A stretch of 64,000 nt of DNA from IMG/VR virus record IMGVR_UViG_3300027852_000036. One strand, given 5' to 3'. Both the position numbers and the translations under genes were made by a program. Of this stretch, positions 18,493-27,050 are shown in pieces. The first letter of the stretch is position 1. The number at the start of each line of letters is the position of its first letter. The notes beneath the pieces are model-generated. The model did no database searches. It saw only the letters and a program-made list of their open reading frames with translations, and was not told the origin of the DNA. The DNA comes from a virus.

Positions 18493-19230
18493 TTACTTAG
18501 CCGTGAAGTGATCCTTTAGCTGCACCCCTCTCCAGTTATATGCTTTCGGGTTTAGCCACTTTTTCTTGGGGGTGCTGTTGACAAGGGCCTTCAAAATTGG
18601 TAGCTCCCAGTATAGAACATCCTCTAATGCGGTATGCGGTTCAGCCTCGCTGGTGTCGGTCTTGCAAATAAAGTGGCGCATTACTTCAGCATTAGTTTTG
18701 TAGCTGCAGTTACCCTTCGACGTGCGCGAATTGAATAGGTGGTTTTCGAGTATGTAGTTCTTATATGCTTTCGTGAAAGCATACTTGTCGCTAGCAGCGT
18801 GCCATAAGCAAAACTGTTTGTCAGCGAATGCGGTTAGATCAATCCCAGTATTTGCACACTGGTTTAAATCGAATGTGAGGTTGTATGCGGTTAGGTATGG
18901 ATCATACGTCTCCTTCACTTTAGCAAGCCATGCGTTTATAGCTGGTACGCTTGCAAGCATTCGCGTCCCGTTTGCCACCATATCATTATACCTGTCGTAT
19001 CTCCTAGCTAGACTTGCTTTTGTCCATAACTCTCCTGCATCATTGTTGTAAAATAGCGGGTGGTTTTCTTTATCCGTGTATATGCCGTTCACTAGGATGG
19101 CGCATTGAGCTAGAACCTCGCCTTTCTTGGTGACGACTGCCGCCCCGAAATCCGCCACTTTTGACGTACTATTTTTAGTTGGGTTTGTCGTTTCTGTATC
19201 TACTATTAAAAACGTATCTCGCTTAGCCAT
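18493..19230 (-). CDS. DEDDh 3'-5' exonuclease (DnaQ/RNase T superfamily)
   Basis: IVDTETT, AYNLTFD, HTALEDV motifs. Confidence 0.8.
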   Translation of the reverse strand: MAKRDTFLIVDTETTNPTKNSTSKVADFGAAVVTKKGEVLAQCAILVNGIYTDKENHPLFYNNDAGELWTKASLARRYDRYNDMVANGTRMLASVPAINAWLAKVKETYDPYLTAYNLTFDLNQCANTGIDLTAFADKQFCLWHAASDKYAFTKAYKNYILENHLFNSRTSKGNCSYKTNAEVMRHFICKTDTSEAEPHTALEDVLYWELPILKALVNSTPKKKWLNPKAYNWRGVQLKDHFTAK

Positions 19231-19288
19231 GTTATGCATTCCTTTTGGAAAGTAAACCCCATGCTTGCATGGGGCTGGTTTACGTGGA

Positions 19289-19630
19289 TTATTCGCTATC
19301 TTGTGGGCCGTTGACGAATGCCTCTAGTGCGTCGAGAGTCGAAACGCTTGCACTTGCGAGTGTTTCGGCCTGCAAGCCAGTGAGTCCGATCACCTCGCCG
19401 ATGCGAGCCGCTTTTTTAGCTTTTGTGTCCTTAACAACTTTCGCCCCTTTCACCGTCTCCGCTTTGACGTATAACTGAAGACTAGACAGCTTGGCGATAA
19501 CACTAGCAGGCTTCTTGCCCAGTTCATTTGCGAGCTGTTGAACTTCTGTCTTGTTGTCCTGTCCAGTGTAGCCAGCTTTCAAGTGGTCGATCATGTCAGA
19601 AGTGTAGTTAGTGCTTTTTGAAGTTTTCAT
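19289..19630 (-). CDS. T5 A2-like small DNA-binding pre-early protein
   Basis: NYTSDM...LANELGKKPASVIAKLSSLQLYVK...ETLASASVSTLDAL resembles the A2 pattern (SVRSKL, LASLESAKLETLDAV); ATG 19630 below a TTGCAA/TATAAT promoter. Confidence 0.65.
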   Translation of the reverse strand: MKTSKSTNYTSDMIDHLKAGYTGQDNKTEVQQLANELGKKPASVIAKLSSLQLYVKAETVKGAKVVKDTKAKKAARIGEVIGLTGLQAETLASASVSTLDALEAFVNGPQDSE

Positions 19631-19706
19631 AAGATACAGCCTTTTTGTATGAAACGCCTTATGGTCGTTTCTGGTTAAGGAAGCATGGTTGCTTCCAGTG
19701 ATTCTA

Positions 19707-19913
19707 TTATAGCAACAATACTGATTTAATTGCAACTAAAATTAACGAAAAGTTTAAAATAATTAATGCCGTGCATTCTCCCTTTAATACTCCCCATAAA
19801 ATCCACAGTGCGTTGCCTCCTATCGCAACGTACCAACCTAATAACAATCCCTCTCCTATTAAGTAAAGACTAATCAACGTACCCGCCATCGCTAGCCACT
19901 CGATGCATTTCAT
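19707..19913 (-). CDS. Small multi-pass membrane protein, PnuC/PQ-loop half-transporter-like
   Basis: IEWLAMAGTLISLYLIG...LGWYVAIGGNALWILWG; about 68 aa, hydrophobic. Confidence 0.5.
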   Translation of the reverse strand: MKCIEWLAMAGTLISLYLIGEGLLLGWYVAIGGNALWILWGVLKGECTALIILNFSLILVAIKSVLLL

Positions 19914-19915
19914 GA

Positions 19916-20377
19916 TCAATGCCCCTGAGGTGACGGGATATAAAACCCGCGTGCGTTGAGTGCATGACAAAGATCGCGCAAATATGTATGGTTGTCTTCG
20001 TATACCTCTACCTGTACATCTTTGAACTGGCGTAAGTTTAGCATGGGTTTAATCGCTTCGATTTTCAAAGCCGCCCCGCCTCGCATATCGTCATTGCCCT
20101 GCCTATGCACTAACTTATCCGGCTGGCCTAAATGCCGGAGTACCCACTTTGTGCTATTCTCACACCACACTCTAGCAGTAGCGATGATCGTGTAAACATC
20201 CGGATCTTTCATTCCCTCAATATACCGCTTGCATAGCGGCAGTGGAGCATCTTGTAAGACCTTATGGCTGTTATCTCGCCAGTGCTGTAAGTCGATCTTG
20301 CCATCGTTGCCTAGCGCATAGCGGTGACTAGAGTCCGCTAGACAGCCGTCGAGATCGAATACTCTAATTGTCTTCAT
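19916..20377 (-). CDS. HAD-superfamily phosphatase (possible functional analog of T5 dmp nucleotidase)
   Basis: VFDLDGCLAD, IATAR, K motif and YEDN. Confidence 0.75.
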   Translation of the reverse strand: MKTIRVFDLDGCLADSSHRYALGNDGKIDLQHWRDNSHKVLQDAPLPLCKRYIEGMKDPDVYTIIATARVWCENSTKWVLRHLGQPDKLVHRQGNDDMRGGAALKIEAIKPMLNLRQFKDVQVEVYEDNHTYLRDLCHALNARGFYIPSPQGH

Positions 20378-20562
20378 TACTTCACACCTCTGTAAAATGC
20401 ATGATTACTGAAAATATGCTTTAAGATTGGCGACACTGCCATACCTTCCATAAACGGAACCGCATGGTCTTTTGATTCTACTACAGCTACCGCTCTAGCG
20501 AGTGACTGAGTTCGTGCTGGATTTTTTGCTATATGTAGTTGGATACGCTGCTGAAAAGTCAT
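20377..20562 (-). CDS. Hypothetical protein
   Basis: 61 aa; GGAG RBS; TTGACT-N16-TATTAT promoter upstream. Confidence 0.6.
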   Translation of the reverse strand: MTFQQRIQLHIAKNPARTQSLARAVAVVESKDHAVPFMEGMAVSPILKHIFSNHAFYRGVK

Positions 20563-20628
20563 GTCGTGTGCTCCGTTTAATGTGTAGTAATAATAGCAAA
20601 TTCTGGTTAAAAGTCAAATACCGTTTGG

Positions 20629-20799
20629 TTATAAGCTAGGGTCTTGTAAGATGTCGTATAGGTCGTGTAAGGTTCCGGGCAATTCTTTTCCCACATCTTC
20701 ATCGGTGCACTCTGCGTCGATAAGCGCATCCTTTAAGTCCGCTATTTCCGACTCGGTCAATTCTACAATATTTGACCAATCAAATGCGTCGTTCATCAT
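20629..20799 (-). CDS. Small highly acidic protein (56 aa)
   Basis: 16 Asp/Glu versus 2 Lys; own promoter and GGAG RBS. Confidence 0.65.
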   Translation of the reverse strand: MMNDAFDWSNIVELTESEIADLKDALIDAECTDEDVGKELPGTLHDLYDILQDPSL

Positions 20800-20837
20800 C
20801 CTGTACTCCGTTTGTGTATGGTGTAATAATAGCACAA

Positions 20838-21914
20838 CTAATCGGATGTGCAAGCAGTATCTGAAAAATATCTTTCTAGCGGGATTCTTAGGCTGGACTC
20901 TATTCTGTCCACTCCCATCGCTTCCTCAGCCTGAAAACTCAAGCTCCAAAAGTCAAGGATATTATCAAAGTAGGTAGGTACCTTCTTGTCAGCCAAGTAC
21001 CTAAGTCTGGCCACTGCCCCAGATACAGAACTATCTAGGGAGGCCCAATTGTCAGAAAAACACCAAGCCCCACCCTTCTTACTATTACTAGGTATGAAGC
21101 AACGCTCGACGTAAGAATCCCAATCCCACAGGTTAGGATCACTCAGCCCAACTGTCTCAGCGTCAATCATAGGTATACCGGCGTCTATTCCGTGATTAAT
21201 GAGACTCTTCCCAATATCAGGTACCTCACTCTCAAGATGCTCAGCCAGTTTTTTAAGGTTTGCTATCTTCATTAGATCCGGCACTTTCCGAACCTTTCCA
21301 AGCTTCGTTCCTAACGTCTTTATGTACCTCGCCTGCAATGTCCTGCAATATTCAGGCATTGCTCCAAATGACAACACCTGCCCACGTAATATGTCTAACT
21401 CCTCTTTGGTACCGGGCTCAGCGGCCTTGCGAAGGTCTTCTTGAAAAGGTGTTATAGGGCCACCAGCAACGGGATTCCCTCCCTTAATCATTAGCCAGCT
21501 GTCGAATTGCCTTCTGTGTATAAAAAACTTAGGTACCTTCTTGTCGATAGCTAAAAGTATCCGTAACCCGGCTCCTAGCCTAGAAGTGTCCTCGCCGTCC
21601 CAATTGAAACACCACTCATAGTCACTAAAGCTACCTAGGTCAGTATGCTTGAAAAAGCAACGCCGAGCATAGGAGTCCCAATCCCAATAAGCGGGGTCAG
21701 CATGTAAACCAGTTTCACTCGTCAGTAGAGGTATTCCAGCTTCGGGGCCATAAAACAGTGCACTAGGTTTTTCTGAAGTTTCTGAACGCAGCGAGTCTTT
21801 CTCGCAGTACTGCCCAATATCCGAGTGTCCTGAAGCCTCAGCTAGGCCGATTAGATGCTTAGCCAACTTACGTAGGTTCCCAACCCTGAAGCCGTTAAAA
21901 ATGCTCATAGCCAC
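20838..21914 (-). CDS. Protein with two tandem degenerate family A domains
   Basis: Twice NLxKLAxHL...G..AGIP...W..DWDSY..RCF...WCF..W...D....GA..R...L.DKKVP. Confidence 0.7.
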   Translation of the reverse strand: MAMSIFNGFRVGNLRKLAKHLIGLAEASGHSDIGQYCEKDSLRSETSEKPSALFYGPEAGIPLLTSETGLHADPAYWDWDSYARRCFFKHTDLGSFSDYEWCFNWDGEDTSRLGAGLRILLAIDKKVPKFFIHRRQFDSWLMIKGGNPVAGGPITPFQEDLRKAAEPGTKEELDILRGQVLSFGAMPEYCRTLQARYIKTLGTKLGKVRKVPDLMKIANLKKLAEHLESEVPDIGKSLINHGIDAGIPMIDAETVGLSDPNLWDWDSYVERCFIPSNSKKGGAWCFSDNWASLDSSVSGAVARLRYLADKKVPTYFDNILDFWSLSFQAEEAMGVDRIESSLRIPLERYFSDTACTSD

Positions 21915-22060
21915 TACCTCGTCATTTCGTCTATATATGCGTCCCTAGTCATATGGCCGGAAACGTTCTCATTGTGTACGTCTAGCGCGACATCAACGGA
22001 GACATTATAGAGCACTATGGCTGCTAACGCTACTAATATTAAAACTTTTAAATTGCTCAT
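21914..22060 (-). CDS. Small N-terminally hydrophobic protein, paralog of 17403-17531
   Basis: MSNLKVLILVALAAIVLYNVSVDVAL...; TTGGCA-N17-TATTAT promoter and GGAG RBS. Confidence 0.65.
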   Translation of the reverse strand: MSNLKVLILVALAAIVLYNVSVDVALDVHNENVSGHMTRDAYIDEMTR

Positions 22061-22337
22061 GGTCGTCTCCGTTTGTGTATGGTGTAATAATAGCAAAACT
22101 AGCGAGGAGTGCCAATACCGTTTGGTTATAATAAACCCCTATCTTACGTCCATACACTTGAGTCCGAAGTGCATATGTTTCAAGTGCATATGCGCTTCGC
22201 CGCGCCGATTTTACAGGAAAACAGGAGAAAAGTCAAGGACTTCCAGACGAATGGTCATAGCTCATTTATTCACACTAATGGTTGACATTAGGTACCTAAA
22301 TACGTATAGTGTAGCTTGAACTGAGAGGAATACAGCG

Positions 22338-23213
22338 ATGGGTACACATAAGTTAATGAAAGAACTAACAGAGGGTCAGTACACTATCAACGAGAATGGT
22401 AGTATAGACGTGGATGGTAGTGTTATAATCCCTACTTACATGCGGAAAATTCCTGTTAAGTTTGGGAAAGTTACCGGAAGCTTTTGTTGTGACAACACAA
22501 AAATCACCTCACTAAGGTACGCCCCTAAAAAAGTAGGCGGCAGCTTTTACTGTAACAGCACAAGGATCACCTCACTAAGGTATGCCCCTAGAAGAGTAGG
22601 TGGAAACTTTAACTGTAACAACACAGGAATAATCTCATTAAGGTACTGCCCTAGAAAAGTAGGTGGGAACTTTTACTGCAGCAACACAAAAATCACCTCG
22701 CTAAGGTACTGCCCTGAAAAAGTAGTTGTAGGTTTTTACTGTAACAGCACAAAAATCGCTTCGTTAAGGTACGCCCCTGGAAAGGTAGGTGGAAACTTTA
22801 ACTGTAACGACACAAAAATCACCTCACTAAGGTACGCCCCTAAAAAAGTAGTCGGAAGCTTTTACTGTAACAATACGGCGATCACCTCACTAAGGTATGC
22901 CCCTAGGAAAGTAGGTAGAAACTTTAATTGCAACAACACAGGAATCATCTCATTAAGACACTGCCCTAGAAAAGTAGGTGACGGCTTTTACTGCGGCAAA
23001 ACAAAAATCACCTCACTAATGTACGCCCCTGAAAAAGTAGGTGGAAGCTTCTACTGTAGCGGCACAAAAATAACTTCGTTAAGGTACGCCCCTGAAAAGG
23101 TAGGCGGAAACTTTTACTGCAACAACACAGAGGTCACCTCACTAGGGTACGCCCCTAAAAAAGTAGTCGGAAGCTTTTACTGTAACAATACAGCGATCAC
23201 CTCACCTCACTAA
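22338..23213 (+). CDS. LRR-like solenoid protein with 11 full and 1 partial 21-aa repeats (63-bp units)
   Basis: Repeat GxFxCxxTxIxSLxxxPxKVG from 22476; TTGACA-N17-TATAGT promoter and GAGGA RBS. Confidence 0.85.
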   Translation: MGTHKLMKELTEGQYTINENGSIDVDGSVIIPTYMRKIPVKFGKVTGSFCCDNTKITSLRYAPKKVGGSFYCNSTRITSLRYAPRRVGGNFNCNNTGIISLRYCPRKVGGNFYCSNTKITSLRYCPEKVVVGFYCNSTKIASLRYAPGKVGGNFNCNDTKITSLRYAPKKVVGSFYCNNTAITSLRYAPRKVGRNFNCNNTGIISLRHCPRKVGDGFYCGKTKITSLMYAPEKVGGSFYCSGTKITSLRYAPEKVGGNFYCNNTEVTSLGYAPKKVVGSFYCNNTAITSPH

Positions 23214-23339
23214 AACACTGCTCCGGGACTAGGGTGGTTCTATAACATTCCAAAAGGTTATAACAGTGGTTTTGTTATAACCTTTAGTTATACCTAGCGC
23301 CGAAAAATGCACTTCCAGCTATTACCTTTGCTATTTTAC

Positions 23340-24255
23340 GCGACCATGAGCAGATAATCAAGTCCAAACATTAGACCGTTTGATTATAAGAAACCCACTG
23401 AAACGACCATGAGCAGATAGCCGTGTATCATAACATGAGCAGATGTGCAACCCCAAACATTAGACCGTTTGGCTATAACGAAGCGACCATGAGCAGATAG
23501 CCGTGTATCATAACATGAGCAGCTAATCAACCCCAAACATTAGACCGTTTGATTATAAGAAACCCACTGAAACGACCATGAGCAGATAGCCGTGTATCAT
23601 AACATGAGCAGATAATCAAGTACCACCGGTCGGGGACATATGTGTATGGTCGTTTCATAATAGCGATTTTTAGCGCCTAGTGCGATTTCTACAAATTTTT
23701 GGTTTTTTGGTTTCCAAATTTGTGGGAGGATTATTTTTTACGATTTAGCGCCTAGTGCGATTTCTACAAATTTTCCATAAAATCGTTCCAAGTTGAAGCG
23801 ACCATGAGCATTTATTTCTCCATGAACATTTATTTCTCCATGAGCATTTATTTCTCCATAATCATTTGAATCAAGCTGCTGCGATGGAGGACGGTGGAGG
23901 CATCTGGAACAGCCTGCGTATGGTCGCATCAGACTGGATAGGACTGGATAGGACTGGAACAGGATGTGTATGGAGATATAAGACTGGATAGGACTGGAAC
24001 GGGATGTGTATGGTCGCTTCAACTCGAACCCCTAAAAGTGTACAGGAGCGGCTAGCGAAGAGCGAAAACGGTGGAGGATTTTTGAAGCGACCATACAAAA
24101 GTTACCGAAATTTCAACAACTCTAGCAGAATTGAAGCGACCATAATCATTCTGGAGCGAAACGGTTTCGAACTGGTGCTAGGGAGAGATGGAATAATGAT
24201 GCGGGAAGGATATAGTTTTGAAGGGAGTTTTCGAATGAACGAGTGTTCATGGTCG
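23340..24255. repeat. Complex non-coding repeat cluster
   Basis: CATGAGCAG x7 in nested 60-90 bp units (23345-23630); AGCGCCTAGTGCGATTTCTACAAATTT x2; 18-bp CATGAGCATTTATTTCTC x3; 10-bp GACTGGATAG/GACTGGAAC units; 11 CGACCAT heptamers in both orientations. Confidence 0.9.
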
Positions 24256-24655
24256 TTTCAGGAAGAAACTGTGATTGTACCTTATAAATATGTAAAATCC
24301 GGGTAGGTTTTAAATGCCGGATTTTTTATACAGCAAAAATATTGAAACGCAGGAGTGGTCCCAATAATCAGTATTCGTTGTAGTTGGTAGTAAATGTTTT
24401 AGTTTGTCTCAATGGGGGGGAGTCCGCGAATTCAAAGTCGGTATGTGTTTTTTCCTTTTGGTTCCAAAAAAACATACCGGATCATTCGATCCTCCCCGTA
24501 ATTATTTCTCTAGTGTTCAATTATTACTAATATAACATATTATATCAATGATTTTCGAAAAAGCAAGTCTTTTATTTTCTCTAGCCACGTGTAAAGCGTT
24601 ATTGCGTTTGAATTTATTTCTAGGTATTTTATTTACCTGAAATTAATAATATTAG

Positions 24656-24685
24656 TTGAATTGATTAGGTTAGTTTTGTTATAAT
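24656..24685 (+). promoter_or_regulatory. Sigma70-type promoter for the first gene after the repeat cluster
   Basis: TTGAAT-N18-TATAAT with an AT-rich upstream region; AAGGAG RBS before ATG 24720. Confidence 0.55.
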
Positions 24686-24719
24686 ACATTTTCAACTAAC
24701 TGAAAGAAGGAGTTTAAAA

Positions 24720-25967
24720 ATGAGTAACGAAGTGAGAACGATGAGTTTAACCGAATTTAAGAGGGCAGTGGGCGTAGCCAAGGGGTTAAGCCTCTGCAGG
24801 GTATCTTCAGAGGACCTAGATACTATTTATGAGAAATGGCCAGTGGCTGATGAAAATGAAAGGGTTGATATAGTACAAGTCTTGATAACCGCCCTAGTAG
24901 ATGCAGACCCACAACCTGCTCTTGATCTATTTCACCGTAGAGACTTGGAACCTAGTATTGGTTTGCTATTCAAGTGGCCTAAGCTAGTATCTGTTATAAA
25001 TACTGAGCGGAGTTGGTTAGGTGGTGAAGAGATTTGGGCGTTCACAGCTCTTGAGGATGGGTCAGATAGGAAATGGGATGCTTATGCAAATAGGTATCCT
25101 AATCGTAAGAAGAGCGCTGTTAAGTCTAGACTTAGAAACTTTAAAAAGGGGAATATTTCTAAATGGTATGAAAAGGCTGTCTCAGTCTCGGCCGATATTG
25201 GCTCGCCTGAATGTGCCGATGTAGGCCTTCGGCCTTACTCTCGGCTAGTACCGGCCAGTATTGCCCTGCTTGAGATGGAGTTCTTCGCTGCTGCAACTAC
25301 GCTAGACTTTACTAAAAGTTTAGAGCACTTTTCTAGCCTGACTGGTAATATTAACCTGATAGATGAGTTAGCTGCCTGCGATGCTAAACTATGGGTAGCA
25401 GACTTGATGCTTGATGCTTACAGTGCTGCTCCTGAAGAAGGTGAGAAACTTGCTGAGAAGTTGCCGGAGGTTAGGACGGGATACTACAGGTTCCCGCTAT
25501 ATACTATTAGACAATATGTAGCGATGCTTCTGATTGCCGAAAGTGGCAATAGTGCTAGCCTAATGCCTGAGTTTAATAAATTATTCCCAGAAGTACCATA
25601 CAGAGGCGCTAGAACTGCTGACGCATTAAGCGATCGCTTAGCTATGTTGAAAGGGGATTGGGGCAAGGTGCCAACTAATGCGAAGTTCTGTTGGGGTGTA
25701 GCTCCCTATAACTTCGTCTCCAGAGAACTAGGGACTTTAACGACCATACCCGAGTTTAAGGCATTAGTAGCAGCTAGGGAGAATGAGGACTTATGGATAG
25801 ACGAGAAGATTGTCCCAGTCCCCGTAAAAGGGATGCCAACTGAAGGTAAGTCTTTTGCTAGCTTAAAAGGCGCTGTAGTTGAAGCGACCATACCCGATCA
25901 GGATAAATTAGCAAGGTTAGCCGAACTGGAGAAAGAGATGGCCCAGCTTCGTAAGGATATAGGATAA
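24720..25967 (+). CDS. Hypothetical protein with possible Myb/HTH-like segments and a C-terminal coiled coil
   Basis: 415 aa; KWDAYANRYPNRKKSAVKSRL and FNKLFPEVPYRGARTADALSDRL. Confidence 0.7.
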   Translation: MSNEVRTMSLTEFKRAVGVAKGLSLCRVSSEDLDTIYEKWPVADENERVDIVQVLITALVDADPQPALDLFHRRDLEPSIGLLFKWPKLVSVINTERSWLGGEEIWAFTALEDGSDRKWDAYANRYPNRKKSAVKSRLRNFKKGNISKWYEKAVSVSADIGSPECADVGLRPYSRLVPASIALLEMEFFAAATTLDFTKSLEHFSSLTGNINLIDELAACDAKLWVADLMLDAYSAAPEEGEKLAEKLPEVRTGYYRFPLYTIRQYVAMLLIAESGNSASLMPEFNKLFPEVPYRGARTADALSDRLAMLKGDWGKVPTNAKFCWGVAPYNFVSRELGTLTTIPEFKALVAARENEDLWIDEKIVPVPVKGMPTEGKSFASLKGAVVEATIPDQDKLARLAELEKEMAQLRKDIG

Positions 25968-26035
25968 ACAAATTTTAAACCCTTGCCAGTTAGGGATCAA
26001 CTGGCTCAACTTAATTAAACAGATAGGAGAAACAA

Positions 26036-26758
26036 ATGAACAGATTAGAGAAAATACAAGACAGAGAAACTATGGTGGAATTAGCAGAAATGGTAGATAG
26101 GGTGATTAAGTCGTCAAGTAGTTCATACGATATACCTGCCGTAGTTGAGAGCCTGTGGCCCGCTATAAGCGACCATGGTATTTATCTACATGGTACTAGC
26201 GAGCAGGTAATGGAATCCCTACTGGGTCTCGCCCGTGAACACGGTGAGTGCAAGGACTTAATACATGATATAATTACCGCGGCCGGAGTAATGTACGGGG
26301 CGGACGCAGATAGTTGTTACCTTGTAGAGCACATAGCCCCGTTTTTAAGGACTAGTGAAGAATTAGGACTAGAGTTGAAACAGGCTAGAAAGGAGTTTGA
26401 TTACTTTGTAGGCTCGGAGTGGGAGAAAGACTCCATGTATAAGGCTATCCTAGTACTAGAGGATAGATACTCCTATAGGCGCGAAACAGAAGGCGCTAGA
26501 AAATCTGACTCTTGTAAGTATTGGCTAGTAACTCCTGAAGATATGGACTACTGTGAGGACGAACGGGATTTGGACTATATAGAAGAAGATCTAGAGGGAG
26601 ACTTAGTATTGATTAACGTAAAGATAGCAGAGTTAGAGCTGAAACGAGCTGAGTTAAGAATGAAACAGGCTAAAGAGGAGCTAACTAGCTTACAGCAAGA
26701 ACCCGAGCAAGGTGATTTCAGAAGCTTGCCAATGACAGGGACAGATGATTTAGGATAA
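26036..26758 (+). CDS. Hypothetical protein ending in a copy of the helicase C-terminal tail
   Basis: 240 aa; GGAG RBS; ends DFRSLPMTGTDDLG. Confidence 0.75.
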   Translation: MNRLEKIQDRETMVELAEMVDRVIKSSSSSYDIPAVVESLWPAISDHGIYLHGTSEQVMESLLGLAREHGECKDLIHDIITAAGVMYGADADSCYLVEHIAPFLRTSEELGLELKQARKEFDYFVGSEWEKDSMYKAILVLEDRYSYRRETEGARKSDSCKYWLVTPEDMDYCEDERDLDYIEEDLEGDLVLINVKIAELELKRAELRMKQAKEELTSLQQEPEQGDFRSLPMTGTDDLG

Positions 26759-26767
26759 ACAAATTAA

Positions 26768-26834
26768 ACCCGCCTAGTGCGGGTTTTTTATTGCCTCGAA
26801 TTCGAGACACAAAAAAGCCGCAATTAAGCGGCTA
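26768..26834. terminator. Back-to-back terminators at a convergent junction
   Basis: Plus strand CCCGC-CTAGT-GCGGG-TTTTTT; minus strand GCCGC-TTAATT-GCGGC-TTTTTT. Confidence 0.85.
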
Positions 26835-27041
26835 AGGGTGGTTATTCCATTCTACATCATAATTACCTATCTTATCTACTAAAGGCATTAGGGAGGGGTA
26901 ATACTTCTCTATGTTAACTACGAAAAACACTCCTCCGGAATTCATAACCACCATGTCCTTCTTAGAAGGCTTGTAACGTTTCCCAGCCTTACTAGGGTCT
27001 GGGTTATCTTTACTATAGAAAATCTTAAACTTTTTCCTCAT
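26832..27041 (-). CDS. Hypothetical protein
   Basis: 69-aa ORF, last gene of a leftward unit. Confidence 0.6.
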   Translation of the reverse strand: MRKKFKIFYSKDNPDPSKAGKRYKPSKKDMVVMNSGGVFFVVNIEKYYPSLMPLVDKIGNYDVEWNNHP

Positions 27042-27050
27042 TGTAATACC

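Noticed and set aside
23340-23630. CRISPR mini-array
   Set aside because: The intervening sequences are themselves repeated and irregular in length; there are no unique spacers and no cas genes.
23738-24306. Three ORFs inside the repeat cluster
   Set aside because: They are products of short tandem repeats (GEINAH, SSPIQS) and lack RBSs.
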